Shown in pieces: positions 46,820 through 55,466 of a stretch of DNA of 64,000 bases. Where the stretch lies: sequence record PV593634.1; one strand, given 5' to 3'. The notes under the pieces were generated by a model. The model was not told the DNA's origin. It worked only from the letters and a program-made list of their open reading frames with translations, and made no database searches. Made by a program: the position numbers and the translations under genes. Within the stretch, counting starts at the first letter, position 1, and each line of letters opens with the position of its first letter.

Positions 46820-47805
46820 TGGAAAATAGCGAGTATGAAGTAGGGATTTTAATGTCCTTACAGGAAACGCTCGCTTCACTATCTCTCTATGGAGGCCGCA
46901 TCGACGGCCTCTTTGGAGACAAGTGTCGCGGAGCATTCATCCAAATGTTAAACAAGGCTTATCCTTCCTTTGATACGGGTAAGCTCCCTGGGAACACATT
47001 CGATGCGTATTCTGTCTTCTATTTTATTCAGACTGCTTTGGCTGGCGTTAATCTTTATACCGTGTATGTTGATGGTAAATGGGGCGATGGCTCTATCAAG
47101 GCTTTTGATGACCTCGTCGAAGATTACCTTGAAGCTATCAAACCGGTCACCACTGGGTCGACGTTACCGTTAGCACCTGCTACTGTTTCGTACAGACACA
47201 TTACGGTTGAACAACTCCAGGAAATGTTACCCGACTCCACTGATGCATTAGCTGAGGTTTATGTCGATCCACTGAATGAGTGCATGGAGATCTTTGAGAT
47301 CAATACCCCATTGCGTAAAGCTCATTTCATGGCACAGGTTCTTCATGAGACAGCGTTCTTTAAATACACTCAAGAAATCGCTAGCGGAAAAGCTTATGAA
47401 GGCCGTAAAGATTTAGGTAATACGCAACCCGGTGATGGCCCGTTGTTTAAAGGGCGTGGGCTCTTACAAATTACTGGCCGTGGGAATTATGTGAAATGTC
47501 AAGCGTATTTAAGAGAGAAGTTAGCGGAACCTAATTTGGACATCACGTCCTCTGTTTCTGCTGCTGGTAAACTTGCTACCAACCCTCTCCTGGCTGCTTT
47601 GGCATCTGGTTACTTCTGGAAGTTCATCAAACCTAAACTTAATACGTCAGCTGATAAAGATGACATCTATTGGGTTTCTGTTTATGTGAACGGTTGGGCT
47701 AAACAAGCTAAGCCGTACTATCCGGCTCGTGAATACGAACCGAATCACATGAAGGAACGAGTACAGATGCTGGCCGTAACAAAGAAAGCGTTTGGCTTAG
47801 TTTAA
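46819..47805 (+). CDS. modular endolysin: two PG-binding repeats plus GH19 muramidase (OBPgp279-like)
   Basis: IDGLFG and VDGKWG repeats; AHFMAQVLHET, YEGRKDLGN, FKGRGLLQITGRGNY. Confidence 0.95.
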   Translation: MENSEYEVGILMSLQETLASLSLYGGRIDGLFGDKCRGAFIQMLNKAYPSFDTGKLPGNTFDAYSVFYFIQTALAGVNLYTVYVDGKWGDGSIKAFDDLVEDYLEAIKPVTTGSTLPLAPATVSYRHITVEQLQEMLPDSTDALAEVYVDPLNECMEIFEINTPLRKAHFMAQVLHETAFFKYTQEIASGKAYEGRKDLGNTQPGDGPLFKGRGLLQITGRGNYVKCQAYLREKLAEPNLDITSSVSAAGKLATNPLLAALASGYFWKFIKPKLNTSADKDDIYWVSVYVNGWAKQAKPYYPAREYEPNHMKERVQMLAVTKKAFGLV

Positions 47806-47830
47806 TCACCTGTTAATAAAAGGAATCGTC

Positions 47831-47998
47831 ATGTCTGCTGTTGACAATATCATCACAGTCAGTAACCTCTTTGAGGTTGTGGCTAAAGTAAAAGAAAAGA
47901 TCGGGTACGAATTCCAGGCCCCTCTGGATGCTGATACTCAAAACGAGATCACTTCCAAAACGATCAAGGCTAAAATCCTGGGAGACGACAAGAAATGA
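47831..47998 (+). CDS. 55-aa protein absent from ORF track
   Basis: AAAGGA SD; ATGA overlap with next gene; MSAVDNIITV...GDDKK. Confidence 0.75.
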   Translation: MSAVDNIITVSNLFEVVAKVKEKIGYEFQAPLDADTQNEITSKTIKAKILGDDKK

Positions 47999-49512
47999 TT
48001 ACCCAACAAACCGTATTGATGGCAACGCCAATTGCCCTGCTTGCCACTGAGAAAGGTATCGATCTTCACGAACACGTTTCCGACGTTATCAAAGGTCTTA
48101 ACGAATGTACTTCTAACATCCGTGGCTTTACTGAAGATAACATCGCTGTTGATCTGCCTGACTATACTAAAGACGTTGGTGAACACACAGAAGTGATGGA
48201 AGATGTCACTACCATCATCGCTGACCGTATTCGTCAAGCTCTGGGCATTATCTCCAAAACTGTTAAACCGATTCTGAAGAAAGTTGAAACCCAACTTCGC
48301 TCTGAAATCGATCCAGGTAACGTATCTGAACAAGTATTCAACTACGTAAACGTTGAGATGGTTAACATTGAACCGTCTTTCCTGAACAGTCCTTTCTACC
48401 CTTCAGAAATCCCGGCTAACTTTGCTGGTGTTCCTTCTGTTAAACTTGACCAACTGTTGATGGGTAGTTATCCTGACATGTCGGCGCAAGACCTGGTTGA
48501 ATTGATTGCTGTTAAGGTTGATGACCTGGCTACGTTCTTTGCCAACCCTGAAGAAGTTAAACGTGTTTACGACACCTTCTTCGTTGAGAAGCAATGGTTC
48601 GAACTGTTTAGCGGTAGTAGCGTTTCTAATGGTTCCGTTAACCTTAACGATTACTCCAACTATCCGTTTAAATCTTTCCGCTCTCTGGTTATCGGTTCTT
48701 TAATCCTTAACCGTCTGGTCGCTAACGATGATCCTATCGATGGCGTTACCGGTGTTAGCCTGGAAGACTACCGTACCTCTCTGCGTCTGACTCGCGACTT
48801 GTTCTCTACCATGCTGGTTAAGTTCAAGAACATCTGGGAAGATCGTGCAGCAGCTGGTGTGGTTATCATCTCTGACGGAGTTAAGCTGGAGAACGCACAT
48901 TGGGGTAACCTGAATGGTGTTAACGTTCTTTCTGGTAAACTGCTGATTGGTTATAACAACGCTGTTCTGGATATGTTTGCTGACCGTGAAGAGATGTCTC
49001 TGTCTGAATTCGCTGTTGGTTATGTGTTCGCTAAACTGCGTGGCAACCAGGTTCGTGATATTATCACTGACCGTGAAACTGTTATTGCAGGTTGGTTGGA
49101 ATATACCAGCGATCTGCGTGCAGCACTGATCACTCGTAAATCAGAAATCGCACGTCGTGTATTCGTACAGGTTCTGGAAGGTTTGCATGCTGATGAAGCA
49201 TACTCTACTTTCATTGACACCATTGACGAAGCAATCACTCCGTCACAGCGCATCCTGGGTCGTGTACAACAGCAGATGGAGCTGTCTGCATTCTTCGCTA
49301 ACACCAAGCTGATTGACGCCGTGGTTGAAGGTGAGAACAGTCTGATGAACACCGTACTTGCTGCGGTACTGGCTGACGTATTCGAATCTCCGATTGCGAA
49401 AGAAATCCTGGTAGTCAATGCTACAGCACCTGCTGGTACGATTGAACAGCAGCGCAAGCATCTGTCTGCTGCTATCGATAGTGTAATTCTTAACAGGCTG
49501 ATTACTCTGTAA
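47995..49512 (+). CDS. putative head protein (phiKZ gp177-like position)
   Basis: 505 aa, strong codon bias, synteny upstream of vRNAP small subunit and protease. Confidence 0.7.
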   Translation: MITQQTVLMATPIALLATEKGIDLHEHVSDVIKGLNECTSNIRGFTEDNIAVDLPDYTKDVGEHTEVMEDVTTIIADRIRQALGIISKTVKPILKKVETQLRSEIDPGNVSEQVFNYVNVEMVNIEPSFLNSPFYPSEIPANFAGVPSVKLDQLLMGSYPDMSAQDLVELIAVKVDDLATFFANPEEVKRVYDTFFVEKQWFELFSGSSVSNGSVNLNDYSNYPFKSFRSLVIGSLILNRLVANDDPIDGVTGVSLEDYRTSLRLTRDLFSTMLVKFKNIWEDRAAAGVVIISDGVKLENAHWGNLNGVNVLSGKLLIGYNNAVLDMFADREEMSLSEFAVGYVFAKLRGNQVRDIITDRETVIAGWLEYTSDLRAALITRKSEIARRVFVQVLEGLHADEAYSTFIDTIDEAITPSQRILGRVQQQMELSAFFANTKLIDAVVEGENSLMNTVLAAVLADVFESPIAKEILVVNATAPAGTIEQQRKHLSAAIDSVILNRLITL

Positions 49513-50252
49513 TGGAAATCGAAAAGCTTAAGAAAGATCTTGGGGTCGTGAAGACGGCCCTTAAGGTAATGCCAGATGGTAGCGTAGTTGCATTGAAGAA
49601 ACTTACCATTTGCTTCCCTAAACGTTTCGAACAAAGTAACTTAGCAGAAATCTCTGACACTGTAACTTGCATTCTGATGCTTGGTGTAATTGTTGGTGAT
49701 AGCTATGGCTTCTTTGGCGGGATGGTTAAGGTCAATCTCAAGCCCGGCGATATATACGAAGAGACGGTCGGAAACGACCGTTACTTTATGCTGGAGTTTG
49801 AACCAGGTGATGTGGTGATCGAATCGTTAACAGTTCCAATGGACTCTAACATCGGTTACTATTACTATCTGGAGTTTACCAAGTACGCTCGTGTTCCTTG
49901 GTACTTCGATGAAGCAGATCTGTTAAGTATCTACGATGAAGCTAAGTTCTATACTGGTAAATCGATGGGGACTTGTAACCAAGCTATCCGCGTTCTTTAT
50001 TCACTGACTTGTCGTGACCCTAAAGACTTGGGTATTCCTTTCCGTTACTCCCCGAATCTTAAAGACCCAGCAGTGAAACCTAAAATCATTGGCATCAACA
50101 ACCCTGGTCAATTGCTCAACTCAACCTTTAGCCGTTTGGCTTCTGGTTATATGTCGGACAACATCATTTCTGGTATTTTGAATCCAGATACCAAGGTCAC
50201 TCATTTGGAAGAGGTTATCCGTGGTCTTCCTGCTGCGGGTGGAGAATCATAA
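49512..50252 (+). CDS. putative fifth virion RNAP subunit (phiKZ gp176/SPN3US gp244-like)
   Basis: 246 aa immediately upstream of prohead protease; synteny-based. Confidence 0.65.
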   Translation: MEIEKLKKDLGVVKTALKVMPDGSVVALKKLTICFPKRFEQSNLAEISDTVTCILMLGVIVGDSYGFFGGMVKVNLKPGDIYEETVGNDRYFMLEFEPGDVVIESLTVPMDSNIGYYYYLEFTKYARVPWYFDEADLLSIYDEAKFYTGKSMGTCNQAIRVLYSLTCRDPKDLGIPFRYSPNLKDPAVKPKIIGINNPGQLLNSTFSRLASGYMSDNIISGILNPDTKVTHLEEVIRGLPAAGGES

Positions 50253-51106
50253 TGTCCGAAATTAGCTTAGGTAACATCATCCTTGCCAGTTCTGGTAAGA
50301 AAGGAATTCTGCGTCCTAACGATGAAGGTGTTTACCGTTTAAACGCAGGTGGGTTTAATATCCCAAACCACGCTGGGATTACATATCCGGCAAACGAATA
50401 TATCCAATCTCAAATAGAAGAGAACAGTGACCTTAACCGTCGTGTTAAAATGGGTTACTGCAAAATGGAAGTTGAACATCCAGAACCCTTCGTTTACATC
50501 ATTGAGAATGGTGTTCGTTACAAAGCTCCGATGACTGATGTAATTCAGTGGATCAACCGTTTACGTTCTTTCGATCCAGATCGCATCTGTGGCTTAATCA
50601 GTAAAGTTATTTGGAAACCTGAGAATCCGAATGACCTGTCCAAACCTATCTGGAACCTGATTGACTGTGAACCATTCGGCCCTCGTGCTGAAGAGTTCAA
50701 ACAGTCTCTGGAAAACCCACGTCACAATACCGCAGTGAGTATTCGTACTCAGATCTCTCCGTTCCGTCCTGGGGAAACTCAGAAGAACGTTGAGTATTGG
50801 ACTGGTTATGACTGGGTATCTGAACCTGGTATGATTCATGCTAACAAACACATGACTGCCGGTTTGGAATCTTTCATGTCGGACTTCGGTCTGAACGATA
50901 ACATGAAGAAGTTCAAAGTCTCTGAAGTGATTGAGAAACTTGATGCAGCATTATCTACGGCTCAGAACTCTGACGCTGACGCACTGGCCCGCGTTGGTGG
51001 ATTAGAAGCTCTGGATCACTTCCGTGATATGTTGGCACACATCAAGCACAACTATCGCTCTGGTGACACTGCACGCCTCCAAGTTGGGTTCACAGATATC
51101 TTCTAA
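50252..51106 (+). CDS. prohead protease (phiKZ gp175-like)
   Basis: EVEHP (His), AVSIRT (Ser), YDWVSEPG (Asp); C-terminal AGLE/GGLE possible autocleavage sites. Confidence 0.88.
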   Translation: MSEISLGNIILASSGKKGILRPNDEGVYRLNAGGFNIPNHAGITYPANEYIQSQIEENSDLNRRVKMGYCKMEVEHPEPFVYIIENGVRYKAPMTDVIQWINRLRSFDPDRICGLISKVIWKPENPNDLSKPIWNLIDCEPFGPRAEEFKQSLENPRHNTAVSIRTQISPFRPGETQKNVEYWTGYDWVSEPGMIHANKHMTAGLESFMSDFGLNDNMKKFKVSEVIEKLDAALSTAQNSDADALARVGGLEALDHFRDMLAHIKHNYRSGDTARLQVGFTDIF

Positions 51107-51111
51107 TATAA

Positions 51112-51143
51112 AGGGAGGGCTTCGGCCCTCCCTCTCTATGTTT
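51112..51143 (+). terminator. UUCG hairpin with TATGTTTG tail
   Basis: AGGGAGGGC-TTCG-GCCCTCCCT. Confidence 0.85.
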
Positions 51144-51157
51144 GTCTAGAGGTAATT

Positions 51158-51724
51158 ATGTTCGGTGGAATGTTTAAAACGTACGGAATCAAAATGCTCG
51201 ACCCCTCAACTATTGATTGGAAGATGGTTGACTACTACCTATCTAACAGAAAGATAATTGACACTTTGGATCACTGGATTTTAATTCCTGATTATGATAA
51301 TCTCCCCACCCTGTTAAAGGTAAGGGATTTGATTAATAATGCTCAACCTTTAAAGACGTATAACAATGAAATATATCGTGGGTTCTCTTTTAAAGCCGCG
51401 ATGCAAAATAGCATGGGCATTGTTCACGACGCAAGGCTCACTAACCAGAACCATCGATTTGATATCAAGTTAGACGTACCTATTAGTTTCACTACCGATT
51501 TAGAAATAGCTGAGAGTTTTGGTAGTACTGTATTGGGGATTGTTCCTGGTACGGACGTCACTAAGTTCTTAAGAATAACAAATGAAATGGCTGCTGCAAT
51601 TTGCAAGCTTAGGAATATAGACCTTCAAACCCAACATGAATGGATATTCCTACCAGATACCCCTATAACGGCAAAGGCCAGAATGTTGAAGTATAAGAAA
51701 CCTAAAGCTTGGGAATTATTTTAA
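51158..51724 (+). CDS. putative ADP-ribosyltransferase (R-S-E type)
   Basis: IYRG, ISFTTDLEIAESF, QHEWIFL. Confidence 0.65.
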   Translation: MFGGMFKTYGIKMLDPSTIDWKMVDYYLSNRKIIDTLDHWILIPDYDNLPTLLKVRDLINNAQPLKTYNNEIYRGFSFKAAMQNSMGIVHDARLTNQNHRFDIKLDVPISFTTDLEIAESFGSTVLGIVPGTDVTKFLRITNEMAAAICKLRNIDLQTQHEWIFLPDTPITAKARMLKYKKPKAWELF

Positions 51725-51789
51725 TTATTATTAGCGGCTCTATTATACGTTAAGGTAATTCTCTCTCACTAAACTATAAGGTATTAATC

Positions 51790-52458
51790 ATGTCCGAAGT
51801 TAATATGGCTGTTGCTCACGACCTGTTGAAAGAAGATGCTGTTGTTCCGGCTGCGTGGGAAAGCAGCGTTACACAGATCGATCTGCGCGCCATTCGTATT
51901 GCTACCCAAGCTCGTGAACTGGTACTCCAAGGCACCACTTTAAAGAACACTTTAAAAGAAATGAACGAAGTGTGGCTGTCTCTGTTTACTGAAGATAAAC
52001 GTTGCCTGATTACCGATATGCAAGCAACTAAAGTTCGTGCGCAACTTATCACCCTGTACGGCGTTAAACTGATCAAGTACATCAACAGCATCGTTGGTCT
52101 TGACCTGGTTCCTCTGGCTCAGGATGCTTCTCCTGAAAACCTGAACTACGGTGAACGTGATCCGGCTGATCGTAACTGGAAGATAGACTCCGTTATGTTG
52201 AACATCGGCTCTAACAAAATCACCAGTCATGAACATCTGTTCAAACTGATGATGATCAACATCTTCGGTGTATCTGAACTGGTAGTTGACTTTGCGCTGG
52301 AACCAACTTACGGCAAGCTTCGTTCTTACCTGACCAAGACTTATGACTGGCATCCGGTTGATGAACCATGCGCTCCAGATGAAGCAGTACCTACTTTGGA
52401 AGCTCTCGATGCAACAGTTATCGTTGCAGTTACACAAGGTAAACTGACCATCGGTTAA
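51790..52458 (+). CDS. hypothetical protein
   Basis: 222-aa ORF, strong codon bias. Confidence 0.85.
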   Translation: MSEVNMAVAHDLLKEDAVVPAAWESSVTQIDLRAIRIATQARELVLQGTTLKNTLKEMNEVWLSLFTEDKRCLITDMQATKVRAQLITLYGVKLIKYINSIVGLDLVPLAQDASPENLNYGERDPADRNWKIDSVMLNIGSNKITSHEHLFKLMMINIFGVSELVVDFALEPTYGKLRSYLTKTYDWHPVDEPCAPDEAVPTLEALDATVIVAVTQGKLTIG

Positions 52459-52466
52459 CAACAAGC

Positions 52467-52486
52467 GAGGGGTCGAAAGACCTCTC
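52467..52486 (+). terminator. GNRA hairpin
   Basis: GAGGGGTC-GAAA-GACCTCTC. Confidence 0.7.
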
Positions 52487-52504
52487 CCTTATAAGGTATG
52501 TTAA

Positions 52505-53014
52505 ATGCAACAGAACTTAAAAGAACGTCATATCACTAAACTGGCCAATGGTAACTTGTATGGTCTCGCTCTGGTCTTAAGTGATGACAAACGTAATGTC
52601 AACGGTCGTATTATCAAAGTCACTCGTAAAGGTCTTGCTAATATGAGCGGGAAACTCGGAGCGCTGTTAGGTTATCCTTGTGGCGAGATCGATCCTGTTT
52701 ATAAATCTGCCGAACCCAGTATTAACATCACAAACGTAATCGGTACTCTGGAAGGTTATGCCGTTAAACGTGTTGGTAACGATGTTCACGTTTATGTTGA
52801 AATCAAACCTAGCCCCTTTATGGCTTCTCTGAGTCCAACTTGTAATTACATGTTTACCAGTTACTGCTCTCTTATTAGCGAAGGTGTTGAAGATTCGTTT
52901 ATCATGGAAAACATCCTGACCATTAATGCTGTTCCTATTTTGGGATATGATTTCAAAATGGATAAAGTCGAAGCGACGTCTCTTGGTAACATCGAGAAAA
53001 TCACCCCGCTATAA
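52505..53014 (+). CDS. degenerate prohead-protease-fold protein
   Basis: NGRI, GEIDP, INITNV, VYVEIKP, ILTINAVP follow the order of T4 gp21/phiKZ gp175 motifs. Confidence 0.45.
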   Translation: MQQNLKERHITKLANGNLYGLALVLSDDKRNVNGRIIKVTRKGLANMSGKLGALLGYPCGEIDPVYKSAEPSINITNVIGTLEGYAVKRVGNDVHVYVEIKPSPFMASLSPTCNYMFTSYCSLISEGVEDSFIMENILTINAVPILGYDFKMDKVEATSLGNIEKITPL

Positions 53015-53019
53015 ATTGT

Positions 53020-53047
53020 CAGAACGATATTATTAGGGTGTAAATAC
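53020..53047 (+). promoter_or_regulatory. putative early promoter motif
   Basis: CAGAACGATATTATTAGGGTGTAAATAC. Confidence 0.6.
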
Positions 53048-53082
53048 TTTAAGTAATTTTAACCCTATTGAGGAATATCGAA

Positions 53083-53454
53083 ATGGCTACGAAAGAATTG
53101 AAAGAATACGAAATGAAAATGGAAGATCTGTTCAAAGAGCTGAAACCGAAGAAGGTTTTCATCGCTGTTGAATTTGCAGGTCTGGATGATACTGAAGCAA
53201 GTACTGAACGTGTTAAGCTTGCTTTGGCTAAAGTGTGTGGTGATCGTACCGACATTAAAGTCACAGCTTGTGGTGTTATCTCTGTACCTGTGGAAGAAGG
53301 TCACGCACAGATTCTTCCTAAATTCTCATTCGTAGATAAGAAAGTGACATGGGCTAAAACCAAGAAGTCCGATCTTTCTTTGGTCTTCAGACTCAATGGC
53401 GATTTATTAGTCATTGAAGCTAAAGGTGTCCAACCGTACACTGTACTTGTATAA
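53083..53454 (+). CDS. hypothetical protein (track start 53068)
   Basis: GAGGA SD before ATG 53083. Confidence 0.8.
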   Translation: MATKELKEYEMKMEDLFKELKPKKVFIAVEFAGLDDTEASTERVKLALAKVCGDRTDIKVTACGVISVPVEEGHAQILPKFSFVDKKVTWAKTKKSDLSLVFRLNGDLLVIEAKGVQPYTVLV

Positions 53455-53540
53455 AAACGGTTAAAGGCTAACAGTCTAATCGACTAAGCTAAACGATCTA
53501 ATCGATCAATCTAAATGTTCAAACATAAAGGAACAAATAA

Positions 53541-54521
53541 ATGTTAAAATCTAAAGAGCACTACGCAAACCCAAACATGTACATCCGTGCTTTCTTCACC
53601 CATAAAGGTATCTGTACAGATTTCCCTATCGATCCGGTATATGGTTCTTACATCCGTCTGGTAACCCCGTCTCCAGATCAACCGAAATCTGAGCACTCCA
53701 TTTATAACCGTCCGCAGTTCTTCTTCGGTAGTGTGAGTGGATGCTCTCGCATGTTCGAAGTTAAGGACTATGTCAAAGCTCTGAAAGTTGTTGACATGCT
53801 GATCTCAGCGTTGGAATCAAGTACTCGTGAAGAGGCTGAATCTAAAACTGTGGGAATCAATACGGACTTTGGTTTGAGTCTGAATGCTTACGGTGACATC
53901 AACTTTAAACTGCTGTCTGGTGATCATTTTGAATACATCAGTGGTCGCGTGAGCGGGGTTAGACCAGATCCATTTGAAAACAGAAGTCGTGTGATCAAGT
54001 GTCTTATCAGACTGAGAACAGCGATCGAGTCAATTGGGATGGGACGTGGTCCTGAATCCGATATCATTGAGGTTGATGGATATCACATGACGATGCTGCA
54101 TCGTTCTGACAAAGGTATCCGTCATCCGATCATTATTCGTGGCAGGGCGTTTAATAAAGTTGTTGAAGGCGTGAGTATGTACTTCACCATGAACTCCAGA
54201 GATCAGCGCTTTGTATTTATGCAAGGCAAAGAGATCAAAGCCATCGATACGGTGAATGCATTCATGGGCCTGGCTGGGGTATTGGCTGAGCAAGTTATTG
54301 AGGATGACGTTGATCGTGTGGCACCATTGACAGCTTACGATTCCAATATGGAATACGTTAACGCCAAGATGGTAAATTGGGAAAGCGGTCCTCGGACCCA
54401 TATCACTTTAAACAGTGATCGTTTCCCGGCTAACACTAAGTTCCAGTATGTCTACGATCGCGTAGAACATGCTAAGCTTCATCGTCGTCTGCAGCAATTC
54501 GTTCAGGCATTCACTGCGTAA
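53541..54521 (+). CDS. hypothetical protein with repeated beta-beta-beta-alpha units
   Basis: 326-aa ORF, AAAGGA SD. Confidence 0.8.
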   Translation: MLKSKEHYANPNMYIRAFFTHKGICTDFPIDPVYGSYIRLVTPSPDQPKSEHSIYNRPQFFFGSVSGCSRMFEVKDYVKALKVVDMLISALESSTREEAESKTVGINTDFGLSLNAYGDINFKLLSGDHFEYISGRVSGVRPDPFENRSRVIKCLIRLRTAIESIGMGRGPESDIIEVDGYHMTMLHRSDKGIRHPIIIRGRAFNKVVEGVSMYFTMNSRDQRFVFMQGKEIKAIDTVNAFMGLAGVLAEQVIEDDVDRVAPLTAYDSNMEYVNAKMVNWESGPRTHITLNSDRFPANTKFQYVYDRVEHAKLHRRLQQFVQAFTA

Positions 54522-54540
54522 CTCTTTAACTTAACTATTG

Positions 54541-54566
54541 GCTAGGGAGGCGAAAGCTTCCCTAGC
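54541..54566 (+). terminator. GNRA hairpin
   Basis: GCTAGGGAGGC-GAAA-GCTTCCCTAGC. Confidence 0.75.
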
Positions 54567-54579
54567 TGAGGACTTTAAT

Positions 54580-55071
54580 ATGAATTTGGTTTCTAACCTT
54601 ATTAAGAAAGTAGTAGTTGAGAAACAAACTCACCTCATGGATCATGACGAACTGAAAAAGTTCCTCGATAAACCAGGTGATAAGTATTTTGAAGATCTGC
54701 TGTTAATCGCTAAACCAAGGTTTGTATTCTGCGTCTTACCTTTAGCAGAAGCTTCTCAGTACAAAGATCTTGATTATCTTGATGAACGATTCATCCAATT
54801 TGATAACATGGTTAAATGTGTACGTCAACGCGCTAGTTCTTTAACCAAGTTCAAACCTCGTTTTGCCATTCCTGAGCGTAACGCTATTGAAGGTGGACGT
54901 GGATTAACAATAATGCCAGAGCATCCTGATGAGAAAGCATCGGACGTTATGTTCGCTGACATCACTGTGTTGCTAATGGGTGATGAAATCCGTATTGCTC
55001 GTTGGCAACAAGGTCCTTCTGGATTATCTCTGAAATGGGGTAAAGGTTTGAACTTCGAGGAAGCAAAATGA
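54580..55071 (+). CDS. hypothetical protein (track start 54538 lies at the hairpin)
   Basis: GAGGA SD before ATG 54580. Confidence 0.8.
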   Translation: MNLVSNLIKKVVVEKQTHLMDHDELKKFLDKPGDKYFEDLLLIAKPRFVFCVLPLAEASQYKDLDYLDERFIQFDNMVKCVRQRASSLTKFKPRFAIPERNAIEGGRGLTIMPEHPDEKASDVMFADITVLLMGDEIRIARWQQGPSGLSLKWGKGLNFEEAK

Positions 55072-55154
55072 GCGAACCGATGGTTGGTGTAATCATTTTC
55101 TTTGTGGGGTTCTTCGGAACTGGTTTAATGTTTAAGTTATTGGGGTTGGTATGA
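55068..55154 (+). CDS. 28-aa hydrophobic microprotein absent from ORF track
   Basis: ATGA overlaps at both ends; MSEPMVGVIIFFVGFFGTGLMFKLLGLV. Confidence 0.7.
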   Translation: MSEPMVGVIIFFVGFFGTGLMFKLLGLV

Positions 55155-55408
55155 AAGCAATAATCTTAGTTGTTCTGTTGGCCATTGGTATTAGTCTCTC
55201 GTTCACTACCGATGCAGCTTCTAATCCATCAACGTGGGGAGACAGTCCGTATGTCGAAACAGGTCGCTTTGAAACAACAAAGATGACTGGGGTAATCGAC
55301 AACATCGTTACAGATACAAAAACAGGTTGCCAGTACATGGTCATCTATCAATCTTCAATAGCTCCATTGGGATGTTTCCCAGAATACAAAAAGCCTGAGT
55401 CTAAGTAG
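55151..55408 (+). CDS. small exported protein, DUF6440-like
   Basis: signal peptide; IVTDTKTGCQYMV motif. Confidence 0.7.
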   Translation: MKAIILVVLLAIGISLSFTTDAASNPSTWGDSPYVETGRFETTKMTGVIDNIVTDTKTGCQYMVIYQSSIAPLGCFPEYKKPESK

Positions 55409-55411
55409 TCT

Positions 55412-55438
55412 CAGGAATATATTATCGTAGTGTGAAAC
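55412..55438 (+). promoter_or_regulatory. putative early promoter motif
   Basis: CAGGAATATATTATCGTAGTGTGAAAC. Confidence 0.5.
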
Positions 55439-55466
55439 TATCATAAATTAAATAGAGGGTATTACA

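Noticed and set aside
54538-54579. Track start codons at 54538, 62275, 26058 and 2998
   Set aside because: They lie at hairpins or inside upstream genes. Downstream ATGs fit better: 54580 and 62374 have a clear SD, 26088 follows the upstream stop directly, and 3121 is a tentative choice.
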